64,000 nt of DNA from Octopus bimaculoides (Eukaryota), in the NCBI RefSeq assembly GCF_001194135.2, contig NC_068992.1, positions 60,447,022 to 60,511,021 on the forward strand, given 5' to 3'. Below are positions 1-11,940 of the stretch, one piece after another. Each line of letters begins with the position of its first letter. The stretch's first letter is position 1. The position numbers and the translations under genes are program-made. The notes under the pieces were generated by a model. It saw nothing but the letters and a program-made list of their open reading frames with translations. It searched no databases and was not told where the DNA came from.

Positions 1-299
1 TGTGTTCTTTAATCTCTTAAGTATTTTATATTTCCATAAAACGGCTTGGACTCTTCTAATTTTCTTTTCATTTTTATTGGGAGACATTTTGTTTTTTGTT
101 GTTTAATTTGTAATATGTTTTGACTAACACATATTGAGAGGAATATGAAAATATGTAGTCATGCGTACACACACGCACCCGAACGTGAAAATATATGTAT
201 ATCCAGCTATCTTCCTATACACATAAGCACACCCACACATATAAAAGTATACAGACATACACAATAACGATTATATTTATAAATACAAATATGCGCACG

Positions 300-436
300 C
301 ATATATGTACATACGCACACACATACACACATATGTATGTATATATATATATATATATATATAGATAGATAGATAGATAGATAGATACATACATACATAC
401 ATACATACGCACAACCATACGTATATATTCATATAT
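300..436. repeat. Compound (TA)n/(TAGA)n/(TACA)n microsatellite running into an assembly gap
   Basis: Read directly. Similar tracts flank most of the 21 N gaps. Confidence 0.95.
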
Positions 437-1164
437 NNNNNNNNNNNNNNNNNNNNNNNNNNNNNNNNNNNNNNNNNNNNNNNNNNNNNNNNNNNNNNNN
501 NNNNNNNNNNNNNNNNNNNNNNNNNNNNNNNNNNNNNNNNNNNNNNNNNNNNNNNNNNNNNNNNNNNNNNNNNNNNNNNNNNNNNNNNNNNNNNNNNNNN
601 NNNNNNNNNNNNNNNNNNNNNNNNNNNNNNNNNNNNNNNNNNNNNNNNNNNNNNNNNNNNNNNNNNNNNNNNNNNNNNNNNNNNNNNNNNNNNNNNNNNN
701 NNNNNNNNNNNNNNNNNNNNNNNNNNNNNNNNNNNNNNNNNNNNNNNNNNNNNNNNNNNNNNNNNNNNNNNNNNNNNNNNNNNNNNNNNNNNNNNNNNNN
801 NNNNNNNNNNNNNNNNNNNNNNNNNNNNNNNNNNNNNNNNNNNNNNNNNNNNNNNNNNNNNNNNNNNNNNNNNNNNNNNNNNNNNNNNNNNNNNNNNNNN
901 NNNNNNNNNNTATATATATATATATATATATATGAGTGTGTGTGTTTATATATACAAATACAGACAAAAACAGATAAATATCTGCATGTATGTAGATATC
1001 CTAGCAATTTGACTTTAGTAATACATTATCTACCCCCATATTACAACCAGCCACCTTCAGTAACACACGCGCATACATACAGACATAGGCACACACGTTC
1101 ACCCACCCCTACACACACATGCACCCTTCTTCACACGAACAAACACACACACACACAAACACGC

Positions 1165-1207
<43 letters not shown>

Positions 1208-1616
1208 GCCAAATAATTTATCTGACGTCTTCCAACCTTTTGTAAGCCTCATTGCGTTATGTAGTCTTTCACACGTCAATGCAATCGCTAACCTTTGCAC
1301 TACTTGATGCGTAGGTTAAAGGTTCGCGGGAAAAATTACCTCTTGTTTTACATCATCGCGTATTCCACCACACGTTTACACTTAAGAAATTAGATTAATA
1401 AGTTAATACTTGTCGTATGTGTGCTCTACACTCTTTCTTTCACATTTCTGGGTTTTTTTTTTTTTTCGCTTTCTACTTTTATATTTTCTTTTTAAGAATA
1501 CGTCTAGCTTGGAATATCGCAGCTTTGCTATATAAATTTGATAAATGAATAACCATGACTATAAGAATTCGTTCTTACGTTTTAACAGCATCTTTGCAAT
1601 TTCACTTTCATGGTGA

Positions 1617-1750
1617 AAGTGGTAAACTGGTTAGAGCTTAGGCTATAATAGCTTGCGATATTTCTTCCGAGACTTTGCATTCTTAGTTCAAATTTCGCCA
1701 ATACCATCTTCGTCTTTTGCTATTGCCAAGATCAATAAATAATCCATTCT
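1617..1750 (+). mobile_element. Decayed tRNA-derived SINE (family A)
   Basis: Degenerate match to the family A head seen intact at 61214: A-box-like TGGTAAACTGGTTAG and B-box-like AGTTCAAATTTCGCC. Confidence 0.55.
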
Positions 1751-1945
1751 ACAGCAGTTACAAGGCTTGAAACTACGTGGGGTGGAGACAGTAGGCTAGT
1801 CGATTGTATCGTCTCCAGGGCTCAAATGGTACTCATTTTATCGACCCCGAAATGATAAAAGGGTGACCTCTGTAGAATTTGAACTCAGAGCGTAAATGCC
1901 GCTAGCATTTTTGTCTACCGTGCTAACCATTCTGACAGTTCGCTT
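1745..1945 (-). mobile_element. tRNA-derived SINE (family A), inverted relative to the adjacent copy
   Basis: Plus strand shows TGGTACTCATTTTATCGACCCCGAAATGATAAAAGG...GAATTTGAACTCAGAGCGT...GCTAAC, the reverse complement of family A. Confidence 0.8.
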
Positions 1946-3057
1946 TCTTACGGGTCAATACATAACATAAAAAAGGAAAAAGACAGTACCAATTCCTTGT
2001 AGAGCGCAGTCGGATCTGTAAGAATTGGATGTCTTCCTCCATTTGCTTAAGATCTTTGAGTTATGGGTTCAAATCCTACCATGTCCTCCGTCACTAAGTT
2101 TTAACAATACCACCTGGCATCGTCAATAACCTTTCCTGACTTCATTCTGTTGCTAGGCCCCGGATTACAGGTACAGTTCTCACTCCTTTCTCTTTCCCTT
2201 CCACCAGTCATCGAGACTCTGCTAAGAGTGATAGGAGCTTCCTCTTACCTTGATTAAAAGATGAAAAATAAAAGCAACAAAAAGAAACAATATGGTAGGT
2301 GCTAAAGTATTTAGTGTATAGGGCCAATACATTTTTAATTATGCATTGAAAATAGCATTAGTTTAATTATAAATTCCTGGACCGAGCAACGCATTGTATA
2401 TTTTAGCAAGGAGCTTCATTTGACTCTTTTCCAATCTATGATATTGAAAATAATAACCAACTCACTCACCGTTCACCAACCACATCATCGATATTTCGCA
2501 AGGGAAAATATGTGGCGGGACAAGAGAGTATATCACTGTATCCGTGTCAACCCGTGACTACATATGCATCTAAAATAATTAGCGACAGCGTGCTAGGAAT
2601 CTACTCCAAGCCATCACTCGCAAGCGAGTGATGGACATAGTTTATATGATAGCATGGCTAATCATTGGCACAAACCTGTATAATAAACCAGCAATTACCT
2701 CTGAAAACACAATCATTGTGTACGCATAGGAAAAATGACTCTACAGAGTGATTTTAGACCAAAAGGTTACATCTGTTATACATGATGTCATTTTCAGACG
2801 TTTACTGTCTGAAAGAACTTGGATGAAACTTCTATAATTGTCTGACGTGAAATTCTAATAGCCTGTCATATTGATAACAGTCCAGACTGCGATATATTAC
2901 ATTCTGGCATCTTGCATTATTCCTCTACTTCTATATTTCAAAAGAGTTGTAACAACTACTTGCTATATGTTATTTAGTTTCAACAATTAGTTAGAGAGCT
3001 GGCATATGAAATACCAAGTTATATCTCTTTCTTATTTGCTTATTTATGAATGTGTGC

Positions 3058-3100
<43 letters not shown>

Positions 3101-3625
3101 NNNNNNNNNNNNNNNNNNNNNNNNNNNNNNNNNNNNNNNNNNNNNNNNNNNNNNNNNNNNNNNNNNNNNNNNNNNNNNNNNNNNNNNNNNNNNNNNNNNN
3201 NNNNNNNNNNNNNNNNNNNNNNNNNNNNNNNNNNNNNNNNNNNNNNNNNNNNNNNNNNNNNNNNNNNNNNNNNNNNNNNNNNNNNNNNNNNNNNNNNNNN
3301 NNNNNNNNNNNNNNNNNNNNNNNNNNNNNNNNNNNNNNNNNNNNNNNNNNNNNNNNNNNNNNNNNNNNNNNNNNNNNNNNNNNNNNNNNNNNNNNNNNNN
3401 NNNNNNNNNNNNNNNNNNNNNNNNNNNNNNNNNNNNNNNNNNNNNNNNNNNNNNNNNNNNNNNNNNNNNNNNNNNNNNNNNNNNNNNNNNNNNNNNNNNN
3501 NNNNNNNNNNNNNNNNNNNNNNNNNNNNNNNNNNNNNNNNNNNNNNNNNNNNNNNNNNNNNNNNNNNNNNNNNNNNNNNNNNNNNNNNNNNNNNNNNNNN
3601 NNNNNNNNNNNNNNNNNNNNNNNNN

Positions 3626-3668
<43 letters not shown>

Positions 3669-3723
3669 ATGTGTATTTTTTCAGTGTGTACAAATAACAT
3701 GGAAAAAATAAATAAATAGTTAC

Positions 3724-3796
3724 CAGGGTAGCAAAAATTCGAATAGGTGCCAAGGACATTACAGCCTACGTATAAAGGTACCAATTCCAGGGTTTG
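3724..3796 (-). CDS. Candidate 73-nt exon (QTLELVPLYVGCNVLGTYSNFCYP), product unknown
   Basis: Minus-strand acceptor ...aaaaccatttcag| and donor CCTG|gtaact, with one open frame. No homology recognised. Confidence 0.3.
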
Positions 3797-4554
3797 CTGA
3801 AATGGTTTTGAATAACATAGATAAATTAAGAAGTGGACTTTAACGCAGGTATTATTCAAATCTATATACTTTCGACATATATTCCGAAGAAAACATTGGT
3901 ATTATTCCCGAGAGAATAAAATGATGTAAAACAATGTAATCATCTCGTCAGGGAAAAAAAGTGTAGCAAAACACATCAATAGGCCATTTTAACCGAATAT
4001 GATTACCGCGTATATGATGAAGGGAACGCTGGCAACTAATTTTTTAAAACATCATTAATAGATTAAACGTCAAAGGCAACTTAGAGAGAGAGAAGGAGGA
4101 GGAGAGAGCAAGAAATTAACAGAAAATTAGGAGTGCAGAAATATAGTGCGATAGATGAGTGGAAATAAAACAAAAAGGCGTGTAAATAGATATGTGTAGT
4201 GGAAATGATATGTAAGAAGACAGTTAAAAGTCGAATTTTATAGATTGGTAGAAATTACTTATAAGAACAGAAAGGTATGTTTTTAATGTTTGCAACGATA
4301 AACGCGTTCATTAAACGTGTTTACAAGAGAATTCTCCGAGAACATAATGAGATACTATTCACCATTAAAGAGCCGACGTAACCTTTTTCATATGGAAAGG
4401 ATCTAGCAAGAATTTTCCATTCCAAATCAAATTGTTTATTATTTATTAGCTTTATGGCGTATCGTCAGATCCCAAGATCTGTTGACCCAAGACCTCTTAA
4501 AAGTACCTCACTTCTCAAAGGCAAGAATTGGGGATTATCTCCCTTTACTATTGG

Positions 4555-4650
4555 TTATCGACTTCCGGCTGTGCCGCCATCTTGTGGGCTCCAAATAGCT
4601 AGCAGGAACCTCCTAAAATGGAAGCATGACATTGAAATCTCCGTTCCGGA
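4555..4650. promoter_or_regulatory. Housekeeping-type promoter motif cluster (ETS plus YY1)
   Basis: ACTTCCGG (ETS/GABP) at 4561-4568, a perfect GCCGCCATCTTG (YY1) at 4573-4584, and a second TTCCGG at 4644-4649. Locally GC/CpG-rich. Confidence 0.5.
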
Positions 4651-5829
4651 GTTAAGGATGTTCCTCAACTATANNNNNNNNNNNNNNNNNNNNNNNNNNN
4701 NNNNNNNNNNNNNNNNNNNNNNNNNNNNNNNNNNNNNNNNNNNNNNNNNNNNNNNNNNNNNNNNNNNNNNNNNNNNNNNNNNNNNNNNNNNNNNNNNNNN
4801 NNNNNNNNNNNNNNNNNNNNNNNNNNNNNNNNNNNNNNNNNNNNNNNNNNNNNNNNNNNNNNNNNNNNNNNNNNNNNNNNNNNNNNNNNNNNNNNNNNNN
4901 NNNNNNNNNNNNNNNNNNNNNNNNNNNNNNNNNNNNNNNNNNNNNNNNNNNNNNNNNNNNNNNNNNNNNNNNNNNNNNNNNNNNNNNNNNNNNNNNNNNN
5001 NNNNNNNNNNNNNNNNNNNNNNNNNNNNNNNNNNNNNNNNNNNNNNNNNNNNNNNNNNNNNNNNNNNNNNNNNNNNNNNNNNNNNNNNNNNNNNNNNNNN
5101 NNNNNNNNNNNNNNNNNNNNNNNNNNNNNNNNNNNNNNNNNNNNNNNNNNNNNNNNNNNNNNNNNNNNNNNNNNNNNNNNNNNNNNNNNNNNNNNNNNNN
5201 NNNNNNNNNNNNNNNNNNNNNNNNNNNNNNNNNNNNNNNNNNNNNNNNNNNNNNNNNNNNNNNNNNNNNNNNNNNNNNNNNNNNNNNNNNNNNNNNNNNN
5301 NNNNNNNNNNNNNNNNNNNNNNNNNNNNNNNNNNNNNNNNNNNNNNNNNNNNNNNNNNNNNNNNNNNNNNNNNNNNNNNNNNNNNNNNNNNNNNNNNNNN
5401 NNNNNNNNNNNNNNNNNNNNNNNNNNNNNNNNNNNNNNNNNNNNNNNNNNNNNNNNNNNNNNNNNNNNNNNNNNNNNNNNNNNNNNNNNNNNNNNNNNNN
5501 NNNNNNNNNNNNNNNNNNNNNNNNNNNNNNNNNNNNNNNNNNNNNNNNNNNNNNNNNNNNNNNNNNNNNNNNNNNNNNNNNNNNNNNNNNNNNNNNNNNN
5601 NNNNNNNNNNNNNNNNNNNNNNNNNNNTATACATACATACGTATATATATTACTTTTCAATATTTATATACGTATGTGTGTTTATAAAGGGAAAAAGTGT
5701 GTGAGAAAGAGAGAGAGAGAGAGAGAGAGAAAACGGAAGTCCTAAGTGATTTGGCTTTAAGAAATCTTGATATCTATATATCTATATACCACGCACACAT
5801 CCACGCACACATACACAGATGAACACAAA

Positions 5830-5901
5830 CACGCCAAGAATTGAACTCACGACCTTATGGTCGTGAGCCGATATCTCTAACCACTTAGCCACGCGCCTTC
5901 A
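5830..5901 (-). mobile_element. tRNA-like head of SINE family C
   Basis: Minus strand reads GAAGGCGCGTGGCTAAGTGGTTAG...GTGAGTTCAATTCTTGGCG (A and B boxes), like the head at 12063. No acceptor stem. Confidence 0.75.
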
Positions 5902-6129
5902 CACACATACACACACATACACACACACATATGCACACACGCACGCACTCACATGTATATATTCATATCTACCTATGGTTATGTGTATATGTGCATGTAT
6001 GTCTGTCTTTATATCTTTATATAGCAAGACTAAAAGGTTCCCAGTATAGATTTAAGACAAGTGCTTCAGAGTTATAGAGTTATATCTCAGAATTATTGCA
6101 CGGCTGAAACGTTACATTTTCTGTAATAT

Positions 6130-6690
6130 AACAATAGTACAATATTATATATTTTCTTAATAGTTCTCCAAATAGTATTCATGTATACTTCACGGATGAG
6201 TTTTTCCATGATACCAAATCATATCAGATGTCTTATAACTGTATCTAGTTAACATACTGAATGATTCTTGCACTAAATATGTTAAATTTAAACCAGCTTT
6301 AATTATGACATATATACTTTGCGGATGAGACCTGTAACATGTCTGCAGTTTTCTCCCGTATTTCCCCCCATAAGTAAAGTATTATTAGCTATTGACTTCA
6401 AAGTATAATTGAATCTACTTAACATTCTGAATGTTTCCAGAATTAAATATGATAAATTTAATCCATCTCTAATTACTACAGCTTTGGCCACATTTCTATT
6501 TCCATATTAAATCGACCAACATACTTGAATGTTACATATTTTATCGATCCTACTATTATCACAGATAACGGTGCCATTGCCTGGATTTGAAACAGATCAC
6601 AAAAGGCCGTATCTAAATAATATTAGTGAGCAATTGGTCCGATACTTTACATATTCTGACATCAACCGCCCACACATATTTCTTTGTATT
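6130..6690 (-). pseudogene. Decayed coding fragment with an internally repeated protein unit
   Basis: IRDGLNLSYLILETFRMLSRFNY (6405-6473) vs IKAGLNLTYLVQESFSMLTRYSY (6235-6303): 13/23 identical, mostly conservative changes. The units are in different frames and there are in-frame stops. Confidence 0.55.
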
Positions 6691-6942
6691 AATGAAAAAG
6701 TAAGATACAAGTTCAGGATCGAGTTATGTTTCTTTTACTATAAACTATAGTCCCTGCACTACGTGGTTCAGAACGTTGCGATAGTGGCTAACAGCTCTAG
6801 TTCAGAGGATCAACGAAGATATATATCATTGACTGCGGGAATAATAACTGAAGCAAAGCCGAGAATATTTAACTGAAATAGTTATTGCCAGACATGAAGA
6901 TATTTCGTGTGGGCTATTTTCAATGCAGACAGGGAGAGAGAG

Positions 6943-7071
6943 AGAATGGCTGCTTGAATCTCTAAGATTGATGAAATTGATGCACACACCTCTGATGAGA
7001 CGTCAATAAGGTTCGAAAATCGAATAGGGCTGTTCATCGGATTTTTCAATCAACGAAGAAATAGCTAAAGT
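6943..7071 (+). mobile_element. 129-bp element with a degenerate minimal hammerhead motif (left copy of an inverted pair)
   Basis: 123/129 identical to the reverse complement of 8641-8769. CTGATGA at 6992-6998 and GAAA at 7015-7018. Confidence 0.75.
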
Positions 7072-7304
7072 CCTTGAGCAAGACACTTTATTTCCCGTTG
7101 CTCCAGTCCACTCACCTGGCAAAAATGAGTAGTGCCTGTATTTCAAAGGGCCGGCTTTGTCATAGAGTGTGTCACGCTGAATCTCGCTGACAACTACGTG
7201 TCTGTGGAGTGCTCAGTCACTTGCACGTTAATTTCACGAGCAGGCTGTTCCGTTGATCGGATCAGCTGGGACCTTCGTCGTCGTAACCGATAGAGTGTTC
7301 CTTT

Positions 7305-7310
<6 letters not shown>
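7071..7310 (+). mobile_element. SINE family C, core and 3' part (CORE-like)
   Basis: TCCTTGAGCAAGACACTTTATTTC...GCTCCAGTCCACTCA is a CORE-type central domain, also seen at about 12140-12190. Confidence 0.7.
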
Positions 7311-7349
<39 letters not shown>

Positions 7350-7978
7350 TATATATATATGTANNNNNNNNNNNNNNNNNNNNNNNNNNNNNNNNNNNNN
7401 NNNNNNNNNNNNNNNNNNNNNNNNNNNNNNNNNNNNNNNNNNNNNNNNNNNNNNNNNNNNNNNNNNNNNNNNNNNNNNNNNNNNNNNNNNNNNNNNNNNN
7501 NNNNNNNNNNNNNNNNNNNNNNNNNNNNNNNNNNNNNNNNNNNNNNNNNNNNNNNNNNNNNNNNNNNNNNNNNNNNNNNNNNNNNNNNNNNNNNNNNNNN
7601 NNNNNNNNNNNNNNNNNNNNNNNNNNNNNNNNNNNNNNNNNNNNNNNNNNNNNNNNNNNNNNNNNNNNNNNNNNNNNNNNNNNNNNNNNNNNNNNNNNNN
7701 NNNNNNNNNNNNNNNNNNNNNNNNNNNNNNNNNNNNNNNNNNNNNNNNNNNNNNNNNNNNNNNNNNNNNNNNNNNNNNNNNNNNNNNNNNNNNNNNNNNN
7801 NNNNNNNNNNNNNNNNNNNNNNNNNNNNNNNNNNNNNNNNNNNNNNNNNNNNNNNNNNNNNNNNNNNNNNNNNNNNNNNNNNNNNNNNNNNNNNNNNNNN
7901 NNNNNNNNNNNNNNNNNNNNNNNNNNNNNNNNNNNNNNNNNNNNNNNNNNNNNNNNNNNNNNNNNNNNNNNNNNNNNN

Positions 7979-8033
<55 letters not shown>

Positions 8034-8076
8034 GATACATGCGTACACACTTACATACACACTTACATACACACAA

Positions 8077-8112
<36 letters not shown>

Positions 8113-8640
8113 GTAAAGAGAGAGTGATACTAACCATATAATGTTACAGTGCTATTAGTGGGAGATGCCGTTATGGAATATTATCGTTTCAAAGCACTGT
8201 TGTAATAGAGTAGGCATTGGTGAAGACTGCGCTTTCGCAAAGAAGCTGGAGATAGTTTTACTTGTGTTACTAATTAGATTACTAACAACTATACATGTGT
8301 GAGAAGCGACTTTATCAATACATATGCTTCCTGTTTGGCTTAATGTAAGGCTTCTATTACCAGTGCGTGTGCGCGTGTTTGTATGTGTGTGTTTCTTAGT
8401 ACTAAGATCTAAGAAAATTTACGATGATTTGTTTAGTGGTTATATCTAGTTGTAAGCCGACATTCTTGAATGTGTTAATGAGGTCTTTTCTAAAGGTATG
8501 TATTGTATGCCAGTTATTATTATCAGAAACGCTAACACGTCATCTGTGTGAGTATATATATATATATGTGTGTGTATGTGTGTGTGAAGATATATTTATA
8601 TATATATATATCACTTATTTAGTAGGTATATAAATGGGCA

Positions 8641-8769
8641 ACTTTAGCTATTTCTTCGTTGATTGAAAAATCTGATGAACAGCCTTATTCGATTTTCGAA
8701 CCTTATTGACGTCTCATCAGAGGTGTGTGCATAAATTTCATCAATCCTATAGAATCAAGCAGCCATTCT
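8641..8769 (-). mobile_element. 129-bp element with a degenerate minimal hammerhead motif (right copy of the inverted pair)
   Basis: Reverse complement of 6943-7071 with 6 mismatches. Confidence 0.75.
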
Positions 8770-10229
8770 GTTGATATACTGAAAAATTTCACTTGCTACA
8801 GAGAATTGGAGCTAGTAATTTTCATATTTTATTTTAACACTTTATTCAATACCAGGGACCTGTCGATGGAGATGTCAGTGAACACCGGTTCAAGGCGTGA
8901 TATAATATATGTAACCTATGTAGTAGATAAATAAGCAAAGCTAATTTAGTTATTTCTGCATAGATTGAAAAACATTATAAATGTCCTTAATTGGTTTCCT
9001 ACCCTTATTGAAATACCTCATAAGAGTTATGTGCATCAATTTGAATAATCCCAAAGAAACAAGCGACTAATCTGCTTATATACTAAGCAATTCAGCAGCT
9101 ATAGAGAAACGGAGATGTTAATTTGCAAATTGTAAATGTTAACGCTTTATTTAATATTGGAAGCCTCTCTAAGGAGTCCGCAGTCCACAAATAACAAGGT
9201 ATGATATTATATAAATAACATATGTGGAAGATATATAAACAAGGCAAAATTAATGTAAGATCCAGGGATCGAAGTGTAGGAAGAAAGTTAGCTTCCAGCA
9301 ATCCGTAGAAAATATATATAAAAAAAACAACTTTCAAGAACAATAGTGGTTCATTGAGACGAAAGATTGCAGATTATTTTTTTTTATGGAATAATTATGT
9401 GCAGAAAAATTTTTTATATTCCACGGTAGGCGAGAATGCGAAAAAGATAACAAGAGTTACAGAATGGAGTAGGAAAAATCCGGGTTGCATATGAGGGTCC
9501 ACTCGTTCTGAAAAATATGTACCTCGGATTTTTAGATAGATACAGTTTTATATATATATATATNNNNNNNNNNNNNNNNNNNNNNNNNNNNNNNNNNNNN
9601 NNNNNNNNNNNNNNNNNNNNNNNNNNNNNNNNNNNNNNNNNNNNNNNNNNNNNNNNNNNNNNNNNNNNNNNNNNNNNNNNNNNNNNNNNNNNNNNNNNNN
9701 NNNNNNNNNNNNNNNNNNNNNNNNNNNNNNNNNNNNNNNNNNNNNNNNNNNNNNNNNNNNNNNNNNNNNNNNNNNNNNNNNNNNNNNNNNNNNNTATATA
9801 TATATATATTTATATATATATATATATATATATGTATATGTATATATATATGTATGTATGTATGTGTGTGTGTATATATGTGTGTATGCGCCTGTGTGTA
9901 ATTATATGATTTATATGTATGCATGTGTATTTCTTTGTGCTGAGTTGATTCTATTTTCTCCTAATGTATTCATTAGAATCCTTATTGGTCAAACTGAATA
10001 ATGGTGTTTGTATGTAAATAGAGTTCAGCATCGTGTCAATTATTGCGCAACTGCGGAGGATTTCCTAGTTTCTATGTCTGTTACGCTCTTCTTATATATT
10101 CCTTTTACTCTCCCTTCGTATTTATGCGAAAATTACTCTCTTAAAAAAAGGTATGAACACAGGTATTTCTCATCTGCTTTGTGCATGTATGATAGTATTT
10201 GTGGACATCGGTCATCTGTCTGTTAAGTC

Positions 10230-10550
10230 AATATGACGCAGTGGCCAGTACTATTGAAAACTCATTTAATATATATTATTGATGTAAGGACGAACACAAT
10301 ATAGTTGTCAAATATTATCTGAAAACACGGTGTAAGTAGTTTAGCCGTAGAAGGAGTTTCAAATGAGATCGATGCTGTTTACGTAGAGCTATCATCTTTC
10401 ATATGAATTATGGTGTGATAGGAATCAATCGAAATATTGAACTATATCGATATATGACAGCCGTTTTAAACACATTTAATTATCGAATTTTTTTAATGTA
10501 ATATATCTGTCTTTCTGAGCCATTTATAAGGATACCATGTTACTATGTAA
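10230..10550 (+). pseudogene. Decayed coding-like segment, paralogous to 11550-11880
   Basis: Shared anchors TGGCCAGTA (10242 / 11571), TTTCAAATGAGA, and an exact 18-mer ATCATCTTTCATATGAAT (10391 / 11735). Peptides WPVLLKTHL vs WPV*LETHF and AIIFHMN vs VIIFHMN. Confidence 0.45.
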
Positions 10551-10799
10551 GTTTTATGCATTGACTTTCAGCCTAGGATGATGTCTTAATGATGTCTTAA
10601 TGCAGTATGTAGGTGTTTCCCAGTAATAGCAGCCAAATCCTTCTCAAAGTCACACCTAAATGCTTTAAAACAGAAATAACGAGGAGTGTAGATACGGGAT
10701 AGACATGGTTGGAAGATTTGATCAATCAAGACATTCATTGAGGTAAGCAACAATTGTATCACAATCACAGCTTCACATGTAACACGCAGGTAATATTAG

Positions 10800-10948
10800 C
10801 TTCAAGTTTTGGCACAAACAATTTCGGTGGAAGGATTGAGTTCATTTCATCGACCGCAGAATTCAGCTGGTATTTCTTTTATCGACCCCGAAGACAGGAA
10901 AGGCAAAGTCGACCTGGGCGGAATTTGAACTCAGAACGTAAAGACGGA
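10800..10948 (-). mobile_element. SINE family A
   Basis: TTATCGACCCCGAAG...AAAGGCAAAGTCGACCTGGGCGGAATTTGAACTCAGAACGT is the reverse complement of family A. Confidence 0.85.
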
Positions 10949-11189
10949 GGAGATCAGAGAGATAATATTATAAATGACGTAATTCTCGTTTGCTGTCAGG
11001 CTGAAACCAGACCCAAACAAGTCAACATGTCATCAAAATCATTCTTACTGTAATTATTCTATCTTCTTTTTAGGCACAGCACTTCGAGGACTACATTACC
11101 TAATGAGTCCTTACTTCTTTTAAAAAGTACATTATATTTTAAGGGAGGCTTTCTACTATTTGTTGCTCATCGAAAAGTGATGGAAGCAC

Positions 11190-11380
11190 TCTGGGACTGT
11201 CTCAGTTGAACATACAAGCCAACGAGAAATTACATAGCTACCAATCTTTCCTTAAATCTCTTTTTACTGTTTTAACTGAAGGAAGGTTATATTACTTGAT
11301 GTGGTCTTAAGCATATTAGTTTTCAATAAAAATTGGATCGTCATGACTGGAACGCCTTTGATTATAAATCTCGATGAGAT
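11190..11380 (+). repeat. Interspersed repeat (family E); related copies at about 10612-10745, 22440-22570, 41010-41150 and 47395-47480
   Basis: Recurrent motifs (aa)TAGCAGCCAAATC and GTCATG(A/G)CTGGAA-GCCTTTGAT. Class not determined. Confidence 0.45.
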
Positions 11381-11459
11381 ATGACCCGGGACTACACAAC
11401 AACAACGTTTATGAAATTGATCAGAACATTTCCTATAATTGATTCGATGGTGTCGCTAA

Positions 11460-11880
11460 AGTGTATTGACCGAAGGAGAACCAGAACTAGGAATAATACT
11501 TCATGAAAAGATCTTTGACCGTGCAATGAATAATATCTCGCCGCCTCAATACTAAGTCCATAATGGATATTGGCCAGTATAGCTGGAAACACATTTCATA
11601 AATATGTAATAATATATCATTGAAATAAGGTTGGCTGGCTATAACATTCTGAACTATTATAGGTCAACACGGTGAATGAATGTACTTTATCTGTAGGACA
11701 TTTTCAAATGAGACACGTGATCACAAGTGGAGTAATCATCTTTCATATGAATAGAGATGTGATGAGAATAAATGGATATTTGTAATAAGTCAGTCGTTGG
11801 CAATCATTTTATACATCGTTTAATCATCTGCCTTTTCAATCTAAGATGTATATGATACTAAGCTTACAACAATAAGAACT
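11460..11880 (+). pseudogene. Decayed coding-like segment, paralogous to 10230-10550
   Basis: Frame VLTEGEPELGIILHEKIFDRAMNNISPPQY*VHNGYWPV*LETHF with multiple stops, plus nucleotide anchors shared with the upstream copy. Confidence 0.45.
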
Positions 11881-11886
11881 TTGTAG

Positions 11887-11940
<54 letters not shown>

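Noticed and set aside
5830-5901. tRNA genes (also at 12063, 13171, 19525 and 61214)
   Set aside because: A and B boxes are present but there is no cloverleaf acceptor stem, and each continues into a SINE body.
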